From Eledone cirrhosa (lineage: Eukaryota), in NCBI GenBank assembly GCA_964016885.1, contig OZ024740.1, positions 247,318,001 through 247,382,000 of the forward strand: a stretch of 64,000 nt of DNA, given 5' to 3'. A program made the position numbers and the translations under genes. This document shows, one piece after another, positions 24,960-37,929 of the stretch (its first letter is position 1; every line of letters begins with the position of its first letter). The notes under the pieces are model-generated. The model was not told the DNA's origin. It did no database searches and worked only from the letters and a program-made list of their open reading frames with translations.

Positions 24960-27900
24960 TAACTCACGTGCTTCCTCTCCACATTTTATTATTATTATTA
25001 TTCACCTCCACATGAGACACAGAAAATGCCTACTAAAACAAAAACAGACTCCACTCTCATTAGCATCAATCAAGAGACACTCCAAGAACTACAAAAAATA
25101 AACTCTAATTTGTCAATACTCACCAATAAACTTAATTCTACAAGTGAAGAAACAATCCCCAAATACACATTCTATGAAATCAACGACAATATAAATAACT
25201 TATGTGAAACAATAAAAACACACCTGAATAACAACACAAACCCTATTCAAACGAACGAGAAAATACATGACACTAATACACTTACAACTTACCAAATAAA
25301 AAACAAATTAATACCACAATGGTACACATCTCTTAAAAACAGGAAATTCTCCTTTTGGAAGATGATACAAAACAATAACAAAGCGGAGATCTATGAAAAA
25401 TTGATTAACTCATCCCCATTAATCATCCCGCGCAAACTACAAATTAAATCCATCCCAAACGAACCAGGGACTCAAAGACACCCCAGGGAAAGAATGGCAC
25501 TTGATAACATAAAAACCGAAATTGAACTCCTTAAATTGAGAGCCCAAGCAAATGAAGAAAGGATCAAATCAATCGACGATGAGATTAATCTAGCAATTAT
25601 CAATATAACCAAAGAGACCACCCTAGAAAACATTTCAAAATTATGGTTAGACGACTGTAATAAGGAAGAATTAAAATCCCTTCAACGCTGGGTAATAAAC
25701 GAAACCTGGTTCTCTAACTAAGAAAACACTTTTCCAAAAAGAACACATTTCCAAGAACCCCTTCATTAAAACCATAATAACAAGAAAACTCAATCAACAC
25801 CCAAACAACACACAACAACCAACAACAACAAAAAAATAATACCTCCCCACATACCAAAAAAAGAAGGCATCACCTTGCCACTACCTCCTACACCCACCAC
25901 ATAGCTACCACACGGACTCCCAAGCAACAAATATAGTAATAGAGAAACATCAGCTACAAGATAGACACTACAACTTCTCTCCCACCAGGAGAAACCATAA
26001 AACCACCCACACTTACAACGCCCCTAACATCCCCACACAACAAACCCACAACCATCATTATTTCCAACATAGAACCCAAAATACACAACTACCACACATG
26101 TCACACACGGCCTCACAACCACACACCAGCTATAAGGAAACCCTAATCTACCCCCACCCCACTAACCACACCCTACTACAACAACACCAGCAGGGGACAA
26201 TACAACCACACGAGACACCCTAACCTCTACAACCACCATAGCTACACACCATATAACAGCAACAACAGGACTCAATATGAACACACAAGACAACCCTACT
26301 ACAACTACCTCCAAGTCTAAAACCCTACAACAACAGCAGTGCTCTACACAACCACACGATACAACCCAACTTCAACAACCACCACAACTTCACACCCTAT
26401 AACTACGTCCATCAAATCTACACACCCTACAAAACCATCAGCAGGGCTCAATACAATCACACGATACAACCTAAACTCAACAACCACCACAGCTACACAC
26501 CATCTTACATCAACAGCAGGAGCCAATACAACTATAAGAGACATCCAAACTTCAACAGCCATCACAACTTCTGTAATCATTTTTTAGACACAGCACACAG
26601 ACACAGGATTACAAGATAACACACAGGAGACACAAAATGCAATAAAAATTGTCAATTTAACCTCTAAAGAATCAACAACAGACCAAATCAACATACTCTC
26701 CAAAGGTCTAAAATTTACACCAACTCTCCAACAACCAAACTACCCCAAAATGAAGGAAGATATTGCAGAATTCTGTAGAAAACTAAGACTCAGCGAACAA
26801 CTATACGACAAATACAATGAGGATGACTCAATAGCCAGAAATAGAAGCAACTACACCCCACCAAAAGGCAAGAATAAATTCCTCGATCAATTCTGCGAAC
26901 ACATTACTAATTACCCATACCACGACCTACACAGACATAAACAAAACCCAAACCTAAGCAAAAAAGAATGGAATGGTCTTAACAGTCTAAAAAACGACAA
27001 AACCCTAACAATCAAAGTGGCAGATAAAGGGAGTGCAGTAGTCCTTATGGAGACAGATTATTACACAACTCTAGTACTCTCAACTCTAGAAAATCAAACA
27101 TATTATGAAAAGGCCCAACACTACACACAACAGAAAATAATGAGAAACCTAAAATCCCTAACGACCCTTTACAAAGAAGGCCTTACAGATAAGGAATACA
27201 ACTACATCACCAATTTCAAAAGCAGAACCAGCCTCTTCTACGGTATCCCAAAGACACACAAAAGCGAAGTAATAGGCAGGGCCTGCAAGCAAGCCACAGA
27301 CGTTTACATCAACATAGCCCTTCCTGATGACCTTAAATTAAGACCCATAATAGCAGGCACCACATGTGAAACCCACCGCCTAAGCAACCTCCTAGATATT
27401 CTTCTTAAACCTTTCCTAAAACATATAAAAAGCTTCATAAGGGACGACCTTGACATGTTCAACCACCTCCAAACAACACTCAATAACGAACATACCCTAC
27501 TAGTAACCTTTGATGTCATCAATTATATTCCAATATCCCACACCACCTAGGTATAGAGGCAATACAATTCTGGATGGAAAATTTCCCTAGTGAACTTCCA
27601 CAGTGCATCCCTAAAGAATTTGTGTTGGAGGGACTCAAATTCATCTTGGAAAACAATTTCTTCGAATTCAATCCCAAATATTACAGACAGAAATCTGGGA
27701 CTGCCATGGGCACGAAAGGGGCCCCTCATACGCCAACTTTGTCATGGGATATTTGGAAACCATTCTCTACCGCAAAGTTCTAGACAAATACGGCAACCAC
27801 TTCTACCAACACATAGAAAAGAACTGGAAGAGATATCTGGACGACTGCTTCATCCTCTGGCATGAAAGTATAGATAGACTGATTGAATTATAACCCTTCT

Positions 27901-29533
27901 GAATGGACTCAACACTAACTTACAATTCACAATGGATTACAGCCAGAAAACAAGCAACAAAACAGAAACAGACATATACTACAAACCCACAGACTGCAAA
28001 CAATGTCTTCCATTTAACTCGTGCCACCCTAGACACACCAAAATGGCAATTCCTTATAACCTAGCCAGAAGGTTCTGCACAATAGTTTCAGATAAATACA
28101 CATGCTACACACGACTAGAAGAATTAAAAATCACACTTATCAGCAGAAACTACCCACCATCCCTAATCACCAATGGATTCCAACGTGCCCTAAAACTAGA
28201 CATCCAGGAACTCAGAACCGCAACAGAAAACGCTACCATACATCTCCACACACAACCTCCTCAACAATGAGGGACTCGACACCATCCTCCAGAACATTCC
28301 TTTACTAAAAAGAGACCCAAGAATGAACAATATCATCCAAGCACACAACATCATAAAGAGCAAAAGGCAACACAAATCCATAAAAAACATCCTCACACAA
28401 GCCAAAATCCAACAAACCGTCACAATGAACCCTACAGTAACAAAATGCGGAAGGCCCAACTGTGGCATATGCATAAATCTAATAGAAGGTTCAACATTCA
28501 ATTTTAAACAAGGACAACGTTTCACAGTTAAACACAACTTTACATGTGCATCTGAAAACCTTATCTATGTGTTGACCTGCTCAGGTTGTCAAGAGCACTA
28601 CATAGGACAGACAAAAAACAGCCTCCGTCAACGTATGACCGTCCATATTAAAATACAGGAATACAGAAAGATTGCATTTAGTGAACATATCACCAATTGT
28701 GCACTCAACCAACACCCAAACTTTAAAATTTTCCCCATTTACAAATTCATAGACAACGCTACTTTCATCCAAGGTACCAATAAGGAAACACATTTCATTA
28801 ATAAATTTCAACCTCTATTCAATACTCTAAACATCGGACCATTCTAAAACTGCAACAAACCATCAAACATTTACAAGAGTTACCTCCCTCACACCCTACC
28901 TAATCCCTTTTCTTAAATAAATTAAATATCACGCAGCAAGAATTGCTTCCCCCTGCATATTAACTCTTTAAAAAGGGAAATCATATCAAACCTCAGTCCA
29001 CCATTTGCCTCCATCACGGAACCATGGTTCAACTAAGCACTCTTAACACATATTGATCTGCTGAACTGTGCTTGTGAATAACATTATTTTTTCTTCCACA
29101 TCGACTTTTTACGTTCCACATTATGCACGTGTTTTTTCCTTTTTCTTTTTTCTTTTCACTTCTTAAACCTTGTTCGTAAATAACATTACTCTTTCTGCAC
29201 CTTCTGTTTAACATGTGCGACACCACACTAATACATTTCACTATCATTTGATAATGCATATAAATGCTGAAACCGGTTATAGACAATAATTAAATATATA
29301 AATAGATAAATAAATGCCATTGTTAAATAATAAATAAATCAACTAATACCTTAACACTTCACACAAAGTAAAACATTTCGTTTTAATCATTTTCTAACCT
29401 AGAAAAAAAAGAGAGAGAAACAAAAAAGGAAAAAAATATATTTTTCTACTTCATAATCGTCTCTTTCTCCCTCTTTTCATATATATATATCCTAACTCGT
29501 GTGCTTCCTCTCCACATTTTATTATTATTATTA
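23352..29533 (+). mobile_element. Near full-length Neptune-type PLE: inverted 3' copy (23352-24343), 5' pLTR (24340-~25000), disrupted ORF, 3' pLTR (28907-29533)
   Basis: Direct pLTRs, inverted copy joined through CCTT microhomology, RT and GIY-YIG motifs. Confidence 0.9.
25026..28847 (+). pseudogene. PLE polyprotein: N-terminal extension, reverse transcriptase, Cys linker, GIY-YIG endonuclease (stops and frameshifts)
   Basis: LSKGLKFTP, ADKGSAVV, FYGIPKTHK, LRPII, GTAMG, RYLDD, CGRPNCGIC, NLIYVLTC...YIGQT. Confidence 0.9.
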
Positions 29534-29597
29534 TATATATATAATAATAAAATGTGGAGAAAGCCCCTTATTCTACAGCCAACCATGTTACTCTTCA

Positions 29598-29955
29598 TAG
29601 AGTAACATGGTTGGCTGTACAATATGGGGCTTTATTTCGGGTATTGACAATTGTTTCATTGATCAGGTGAGCCTAGAGGTCGCTAATCGATCAAAGTTGC
29701 GTCACTCGATCTCCATTACATTATTTACCTCTGACGAACACATCAGAATACAAAAATAATTCGCTCATGGCAAGTTATATATAGAGAAACACCGTATAAT
29801 CAAAACAATAACATGAATAATAAAATATATATATGATAAATAGGTAGAGAAGTTACAGATGTACAAAGTAAAAAGTAAAAGATAAGAAAAAAATACAGTA
29901 AAAAAGTAAGAAAGAAAGAAATAACGATAAGTGAGAGCATGTAAGTACAGACTAT
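29598..29955 (-). mobile_element. PLE terminal fragment with CTGATGT-core hammerhead (29641-29751)
   Basis: Reverse complement of the 12025-12385 family; short fold-back at 29561-29633. Confidence 0.7.
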
Positions 29956-30439
29956 GATAGTGGTGGTTTTAAGTAAGTGTTCGTATAAGGATTCTGTGGT
30001 GGATTTAATGCTAACATGAAAAGTCATATTCGAAACATACATAGATACGTGTAGAGAGATAAAAGAAAAAAAAGGAAAAGAAAAAGCAATAAATTTGAGA
30101 TTAATTGGGAGATACTAGTATGAGATTTACGGGCTAGGGGTGGATGGTGAAGGGAAGTTTGACAAATGTGTGTGGTAAATATTTTGCTAATTGTCTTGTC
30201 TTAGTGGGGTTGATGGTGTTTCAGAGAGGGTGAAAGAGATGTTAAGAGATGTATGATGTAGTGACCAGTTGGCCGTTTGACAGCTAATACCGGTGTGATG
30301 GTGTGTATTCCATACGTTAAAATCCAGGTGGTCCAGTTCTAATTTTGGGATTGCTGGCTCGAACCACGGTGGTGTGAAATTTATGAACTTGCAAATCCTG
30401 TAAAAATTCACCGAATAACCCCCAGCTCTATGTCTTCGA

Positions 30440-31350
30440 ACTCGACCTCATGAACATGATAAGTGGAACCAAATTCAAAAAACGGACACATCACAACAAA
30501 TTGCAAAACATCAATGCACTACTAAAAAAATTAGGCAACACCAACGGTATTATAGCAAAAGCGGACAAAACATCAAACGGATACACCATGAGCCTTAATA
30601 CATACAATAATTTTACACGCCGTGAACTGCACAAAAAATACAAAAAAAACAACAACAGAATCAGCACTCACTAGCATTAATAAGGAAGGACTTAGCATAG
30701 TAAAAAAAATGAAAATATCTAATAGAGCCGAGCCTCTAACCCCTTGTAACCCCACATTTAAGCTAAAGGATCACAAAAAGAATTTCTAAATAGAACCCCG
30801 CAATTAGATTAATATGCCCATCGAAGTCGGATATAGGTAGAATTAGCAAGTATATACTAGATAGAGTAATCGCACAAATCAAGGACAAACTAGTAATTAA
30901 GCTATGGGTAACACTAATGAAGCAATAGACTGGTTCAGCAAAATAGACAGTAGAGAAACATCCAACTTCGTACAGTTCGACATTAATGACTACTACTCAT
31001 CCATATCCCCAGTCACCCTATATAAAGCGCTAACTTTGCCCAGAAAAATTCGGACCTTACCTCAGACGAAATTAAAATAATACTAGCTGCTAGGAGAACT
31101 ATCATTATATTCGAAAATAGTTACTGGGAACGAAAAAACAGACAGAATAGCTTCGATATCATATTGGGATCTAACGACTCAGCGCAGGTAACGGACTTGG
31201 TGGGAATATATATAGCGCACAACTTACATAAGGAATTCAATAACCTCCAGGGAGGAATTTATAGAGACGACATTTTAGCCCAAAACTTAAATAATCTAAA
31301 TACGGAAAAATGACGAAAAAACATTAGAGTCTTCTTCAACAAACTAGGCA
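30440..31350 (+). pseudogene. Naiad-type RT fragment (family C), truncated at both ends
   Basis: KADKT, KLKDHK, IRLICPSKSDIGR, FVQFDI.DYYSSI, GSNDSAQVTDLVG, GGIYRDD. Confidence 0.8.
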
Positions 31351-33700
31351 CTGTCGATGGGGCAGGTTTGCACATGACGACGATTTTCTTGAGACTGACA
31401 GTCAATCCTAGAGCAGTGTAGGCATCAGAAAATGCATTCAAAATGTGCTTCATATCACTCTCTGTGTGCGCTACAAGATCGTAATATCTGCATACAAGAG
31501 GTCTCTTATGAATGATGTAAATAGTTTTGATTTTGCAGCAAAGCGCCTGATGTTAAATATGCTGCCTGAGGTTCGATATCGGTTGCAAACACCATGCTCG
31601 CAATTCCTGAATGCAATATAGAAAACCATTGCAAAGTATATAGCAAACAGGGTCGGTGCTGGAATATCCCCCCGTTTCACTCCATTTTTTACTGAGATAG
31701 GCTCCGACACGTTACCTCCAACATTAACCCAAGCCTTCATGTCGTCATGGAAAGACCTAACTAAAGCAAGGAACTTATCAAGGCAACCAAGTTTCTGGAG
31801 AACCTTCCATAATGCATTTCTGTTAACAGTATCGAAAGCTTTTGTCAGATCGACAAAAACCTGATACAGATCCAAACCGTGTTCCATGCACTTCGCCTGG
31901 AGCTGTCTACCTGAGAAGATCATATCAGTAGTACCGCGTCCAGCACAAAAAAGCAGATTGACTTTCAGGAAGAACACAATCTGCAATGTGTGTCAGCAGA
32001 CGGTCCAGAAGCACCCTACATAAAACTTTCCCTACGACAGAAAGCAATGATATGCCTCTGTAGTTCACACAATCATTCCTGTAACCCTTTCCCTTGTAGA
32101 AAAACACCATTACTGCATCTCTCCAGTCCTCAGGTACGGATTCATTAGCCCATATGCTGCCAAAGAAAGAGTGAAGATGTTGCAGGAGTCTCTCACTATC
32201 ATATTGTAGGAGCTCTGCATGTATGCCATCCATGCCTGGAGACCTTCCACTGTTCAGCTTCGAGATAGCCACTGCAACCTCCACAAGCGTCGGAGGTTCT
32301 GCGAGAGCTATTTTCACAGGAATTTCTGGAATGAGATTGAGGAAATCTTCATTGACGACAGACGGCTGATTCAAAAGCTCATGAAAGTGCTCCCGCCACC
32401 TTCGTAGAATTCCTTGTGAGTCACGAATAAGTTCTTTGCCATCCTTGCTGCGAAGCGGTGTCACCAGAGAAGAAGACGATCCATAAACTTCACGCAAGAG
32501 ATTGTACAACAGCTTTGTGTTATTGGAATCTGACGCAGTTTGAATCTCATCACACTTTTCACTCCACCACTGATCCTTCATCTGAGAAAGACTCTGCCTA
32601 ACACGTGATTTCACATCTTTGAGTTCTTTATGCAACATATTCTTCTCCTCTGGCTTTGCCGTCAAGTAGCATGACAGAGCACGCCTCTTCTCAGCTAACA
32701 AGTCTTCTATATGTTCATCATTCTCATTAAACCAGTCTTGATGTTTTCTCTGCACCAATCCCAGAACACGTCTGCCTACATCATAAACCAACTTTTTAAG
32801 GGTCGGCCAATCCTCACCAAGATCTGCAACCTGCATCACTTCTCGCAATGTCCTCTTCACATTTTTATCCCTAAGTTGAGCAGCATTCAATCTTCTGGGC
32901 AGGGCAACACCAGGAGCCCATATTTTACGTTAAGTGATTAGTTTCACTTTTGCGCGTACCAGGCGGTGGTCCGTCCAGCACTCAGCTCCACGAAGAGCAC
33001 CAACACACTGCACATCCCGTCTGTCACGCATCCTGACAAGGACGTAGTCCATTTCTTAGATGCAGGATGCATCCATGTAGTCTTAAATGTGTTCTTTTGT
33101 TGGAACATGGTGTTGGTAACACACAGATCCAGCTCCTCACACATCTGCAGCAGGAGCATTCCATGTGTTAAAATCCCTACCCACTCTAGCATTAAAGTCA
33201 CCAAGCAATGTCTTTGTCTGCCTGAGGGATATTTCTTAAAATACCTTTCAAGGCATGGTAAAAGGACACTTTTTCTTCATCGACAGAATTTATATTTGGA
33301 GCATACACACTCACGAGGGTCGCATATCTTCCTTTGTCCAGCGGAATTCTCATGTACATAAGACGCTCACTAATCCCTACTGGGAATTCTTCTAATTTAT
33401 TCACAAGAACCGTCTTAACAGCAAATGCTACCCAGCCTCTCTTCTGGTTCCTTCATCTCTACCTTTCCAGAAGAATGTATATTCTCCACAAAATTCTGTA
33501 AGATGACTATCTCCAGCTAACCTCGGCTCAGATAAAGCTACGATGTCGAGATCCTAACGTCGAAGCTCCTTTGCAACAAGAGCGGTCCTTCGTTCAGGAC
33601 GTTCCAAGGGATCCCTGTCAAGAAGCGTCCGTATGTTCCAGCAGCCAAGACTAAATGCCTTGTTTGGCTCTATTACAGTGGCACGATGACGAGTGGATCC
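31350..33700 (-). mobile_element. RTE-clade (BovB-like) LINE, APE plus RT, 3' end missing
   Basis: GCWNIRTLLD, ERRTALVAKEL, SVYAP, TTWMHP, RKHQDWF, YRGISLLS, FVDLTKAFD, GVKRG, LLYAD. Confidence 0.9.
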
Positions 33701-33839
33701 AGGCTGTGATAATATGGGGCCCCTGCCCTTATTGCCAATTATCTCTTTTGTTCCAGAACCCTTATTACCAATTATCTCTTTTATATTGTTTTGGAACATC
33801 ATTGAATTGGAAAAAAAAAGTAATAATAATAGTAACAAT

Positions 33840-34482
33840 AATAATTGTTTCTACTTTTGGCGCAAGGCCAGCAATTAACCAGTGCATTACTGGTACTTTA
33901 TTTTATCTACCCCGTAAGGCTGAAAGGCAAAGTTAACCTTGGCGGGATTTAACTCAGACCGTAAAGGGACGTAACTATGCTGGAAAACATGGCGTCCGAC
34001 CTTCTACTGATAACAATAATAATTGTTTCTACGTTAGGCACAAGGCCAGCAATTATCCAGTGTATTACTGGTACTTTATTTTATCGACCCCGTAAGGATG
34101 AAAGGCAAAGTGAACCTAGGCGGGATTTGAACTCAGAATGGCAAGGGCCGTAACTCTATGCGTCAAAGCATGGCGTCCGACCCTCTACCAATACTGCCAA
34201 TCCACCGCCCTAATCCACAACAATAATAATAATAATAATACACTATTAATGATTATTAATTAATGGTTTCTTATATAGGCACAAAGCCAGAAATTTTGGC
34301 GTGAGGGAAAAGTCGATGAAATTGCTCCCAGTGCGTGACTGGTACTTTATTTTATCGACCCCGAAAGGATGAAAGGCAAAGTTAACTTCGGCGGGATTTG
34401 AACTCAGATCATAAAGAACCGTAACACTATGCGGCAAAGCATGGCGTCCGACCCTCTGCCATTACTGCCAATCCACCGCCCT
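33840..34482 (-). mobile_element. Three head-to-tail tRNA/Meta-type SINEs
   Basis: Repeated core TTTTATCGACCCCG(T/A)AAGGATGAAAGGCAAAG at ~33900, ~34078 and ~34350. Confidence 0.85.
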
Positions 34483-34977
34483 AATGGTTATTAAATAATG
34501 CAATCGTGCAATGCCTGTGCGTGAAGAATATTTCTAAAGTGAGGAAAGACTGTGCACTGAGCCAATCCCACTCTCTGAGCAACAGTAGCTATAACCCGAA
34601 AAGAAGAAAAGATTAACATCATCAGTAACTACTGAGCCGCATATTTTATGTCAGAGTTAACCTAGTTTCCTGAGATGTCTTCTCCTAGAAGGATGCCCTG
34701 ACAATGGTTCTTCACTCTCAGTGGTTTAACTGCGCGATCGAGTATCCTGCCCAATTATTTCTATGTCCCCGCGCATAAAAAAAACTCTCTTATTGACACT
34801 CATACGTACGACATACACACACGCGCACACACACACATACATACGCGCGCACACACCAACACTCATGCATACAATCAAACACACACACGCTACTCACTTA
34901 CACACACACACACACACACATATATATATGGTTTATATCGTGACGATATGCTATTACTTATTGAAAATAATAATAAT

Positions 34978-37600
34978 TGTGAAATAAATAGGAAAAGCAG
35001 AGAAATTAGACAACTTTTTAATAGCGTTTATCTTAAAGTAGAAGTAGAGAATAATTATAAAATAGTTAATTTTTTAGATGTAACTTTAAACCTTAACACT
35101 GGTCTTTATTATACATTTCATAAAATAAACGAGAATTTAAACTATGTTAACTTTAACTCCAATCACCCCAGATCCGTTAAAAACACTATTGTAAATTATG
35201 TGCAGCAACGTATTTCTAGAATTTCAGCGAATAAAAATATATTTGAAGATAAGGCACAATATTATAACGAAGCGTGAGGTAGAGCAGGCTATAGTAATAA
35301 AATTAAATACATTGATAATAAAGATGTGCCAATTAACCATAACTATAATTATAATAGAAAACCTTACACTAACTCGAAAACCAAAAGAAAAAATAGAACT
35401 AGAAATATATTATGGTTCGCTCCCACTTTCTCATTAAGTATTAAAACTCCTATTGCTAAATTATTCTTTAAAGCTCTAGGACACACAGGTATTACTCAAT
35501 CTTTAATAGACATACTATTAAACTTTCATATTTCACCACTATGAATTTAGCGCAGAATATTAATAGAATTAATAATAGAAACTTAAAACCTAACCAGAAT
35601 AGCATTACTACCCCTAGCAATTTCCAATATAATGTTACGGCTCCCAATAATATAAATTTAGATAAATGTATTTGTAGGAATAAATCTAACTGTCCTCTAA
35701 ATAATAATTGTTTAGTTAAAAATATAGTATACAAATGTAATGTCAAAACAAATGAAAACTCCTTTACCTATGTCGGCTCTACTTCCACAGACTTCAAATC
35801 TCGTTTTAATAACAATAAATGTTCCTTTACGAATATTGGTAAAATATCTTCAACTTCTCTATCTAACTTATTATGGGACTTGAAATCCAAGAATATTAAC
35901 TATTCTTTACTTTGGAAAATTATCTCCAAAGCTCCTTCATACACTGCTTTATCCCAAAATTGCTCTCTTTGTGCTGAAGAAATATTCTTCATACTAAAAA
36001 GTAAGAACTCTATTAATTTGCGAAATAATTTATTCAGTTCCTGCAAACATCGTTTAAACTCAATTTTTAAATATATATATAAAATGTAATATATGATTTA
36101 TCTCTTTTACATAATGTCTTCTATATCTATATATGATTCATATATTTAATTTACTTTCTATTGTCTCTACATATATATACTATATACTTTATATTACTAC
36201 ACCTATCGATAGATTATAAAATTTCCTTATATGACTGCTTGAAACTCCTTTAAGGAAAATTTTTTCTTGTAAAACTTACGGAAGGTTTTAAGAAAATCTT
36301 TTGAAAATTCCTTTGAAAGATATAGAAAAACCATTATTTTCATACCTTCCAATACTTTTATATTGTTATATTTTTATATCTTCAAAGCTTTTGAATATAT
36401 AATTCCAAATGTTTATATATATGTGGAAAAACATATGATTTTTATATATAGGTTTTTTATATATATGTGGAATAACCTATGGTTTATGCTTTAAATATAT
36501 TCTTAAGATAAATTTGTTAAATGTTTTAACTTTATAGCAAGTAAATTTATGACTTCGTATAAAATAACATATGGTTCATGTTTTAATTATATTCTGAAGT
36601 TAAAATTTTTTTAACTTTTTAACTTTATAACATTTAATCCTTAGAGTCATCTGAGTTCTTAAAAAATCACTTCTAACTTCCTTTACACTTCCTTACTGTT
36701 TTTATAATGTAACTAAATGGTTATTCTTTTGTAAACTCTCGAAAATTTTTCATAAGTTTAGAATTATTTGGATGTTTAAATTTTTGACATACAACTTTTA
36801 ATAAAATAAACTATACTAGATTTGCTCTAATGTAAAATACTATATATTTATTTAAATAATTTATAATCCTTAACATACACATTTAAACTAATTATTAATA
36901 TTAAATTATTAAATTAAATCTTTAATATTAAGGTAAATTTTAATCTTTAATTTTGATTTCTAATTTTTTTATTTTAAATTAATTTTAATCTAATTTTTCG
37001 ACCTATCATTATAAGTATTATAATCAAAACGTAATTAATCCTGCATTATAAATATTATTCTTCCACGTTATTCTCATTTCTTCTCTCACGCTTCTTACGC
37101 TGTCTATATATTTCCTTTGAAATTCATATCTTCATGCACTCTATTTTCACTATCAATATGTATAATCGTTCTTTCTTTCCACTTCTATCTTTCTCCTTTC
37201 TTTTTTTCTTTTTTTCTTTTTTTTCTTTTTTTCTTTTTTCTTTTTTTCTTTTTTTCCTTTTTTCTTTTTCTTTTTTTTCTTTTTTTTTCTCTCTCCCTTA
37301 CATATCACCTTCTTCAACAGTTTAATTTAAATAAACCGTTATCTTTTCAACCTTTCGGACACTCATTTGCATACTCACTCATAATGTTGTATTACCCTCA
37401 ATAAATGTAATATCTCCACTATCCAGGAAGCCCTAACCGTTAAGGTTGTCTTTATTTTTACCGGGTATGTCAATATTTATTTATAAAACAAATCTGTATT
37501 TTATCTGATGAAAGCGCACCATAATTTGCCTTGGTTGCCTTTGAAATATGTATAATAAAATAAATATGGTTTTATAAATATAGTTTCTATTTATTAATTT

Positions 37601-37606
<6 letters not shown>
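34978..37606 (+). mobile_element. 5'-truncated Naiad PLE (family B): RT thumb, CxCx5C linker, GIY-YIG, 1.5-kb 3' region
   Basis: NFLDVTLNL, SNHP, ILWFAP, CICRNKSNCPL..C, IVYKC...YVGST..FKSR, CSLC..E, CKH. Hammerhead at 37497-37562. Ends in (TA)n. Confidence 0.9.
37497..37562 (+). ncRNA. Minimal hammerhead ribozyme
   Basis: TATTTTAT-CTGATGA...GAAA-TATGTA-TA-ATAAAATA. Confidence 0.75.
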
Positions 37607-37651
<45 letters not shown>

Positions 37652-37732
37652 GTTACCGTCGTTACTGATACAAGATTATGTCAACTGTTGACTTTCGAAA
37701 GAGTTCGTATAGTTCAAGCCGTTCGTGTTACC

Positions 37733-37920
37733 GTGGATTGGCAGTATAGGTAGAGAGTCGGACGCCATGCTTTCCCGCATAGTTACGTCCCTTTGCGATC
37801 TAAGTTCAAATCCCGCCGAGGTTAACCTTGCCTTTCATCCTTACGGGGTCGATAAAATAAAGTACCAGTAATGTACTGGGTAATTGCTGGCCTTGTGCCT
37901 AAAGTAGAAACAATTATTAT
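37733..37920 (+). mobile_element. tRNA/Meta-type SINE
   Basis: Same family as 3994-4172. Confidence 0.85.
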
Positions 37921-37929
37921 AATTGCTTT

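Noticed and set aside
35275-35277. In-frame TGA in a Naiad ORF as selenocysteine (some Naiads encode selenoproteins)
   Set aside because: It aligns to Leu (YYNDAL versus YYNEA*), not Cys. Linker and endonuclease cysteines are ordinary codons, and I found no convincing SECIS.
30440-35300. One Naiad split by the RTE and SINE insertions
   Set aside because: The two pieces overlap in protein coordinates with different sequence and composition, so they are different families.
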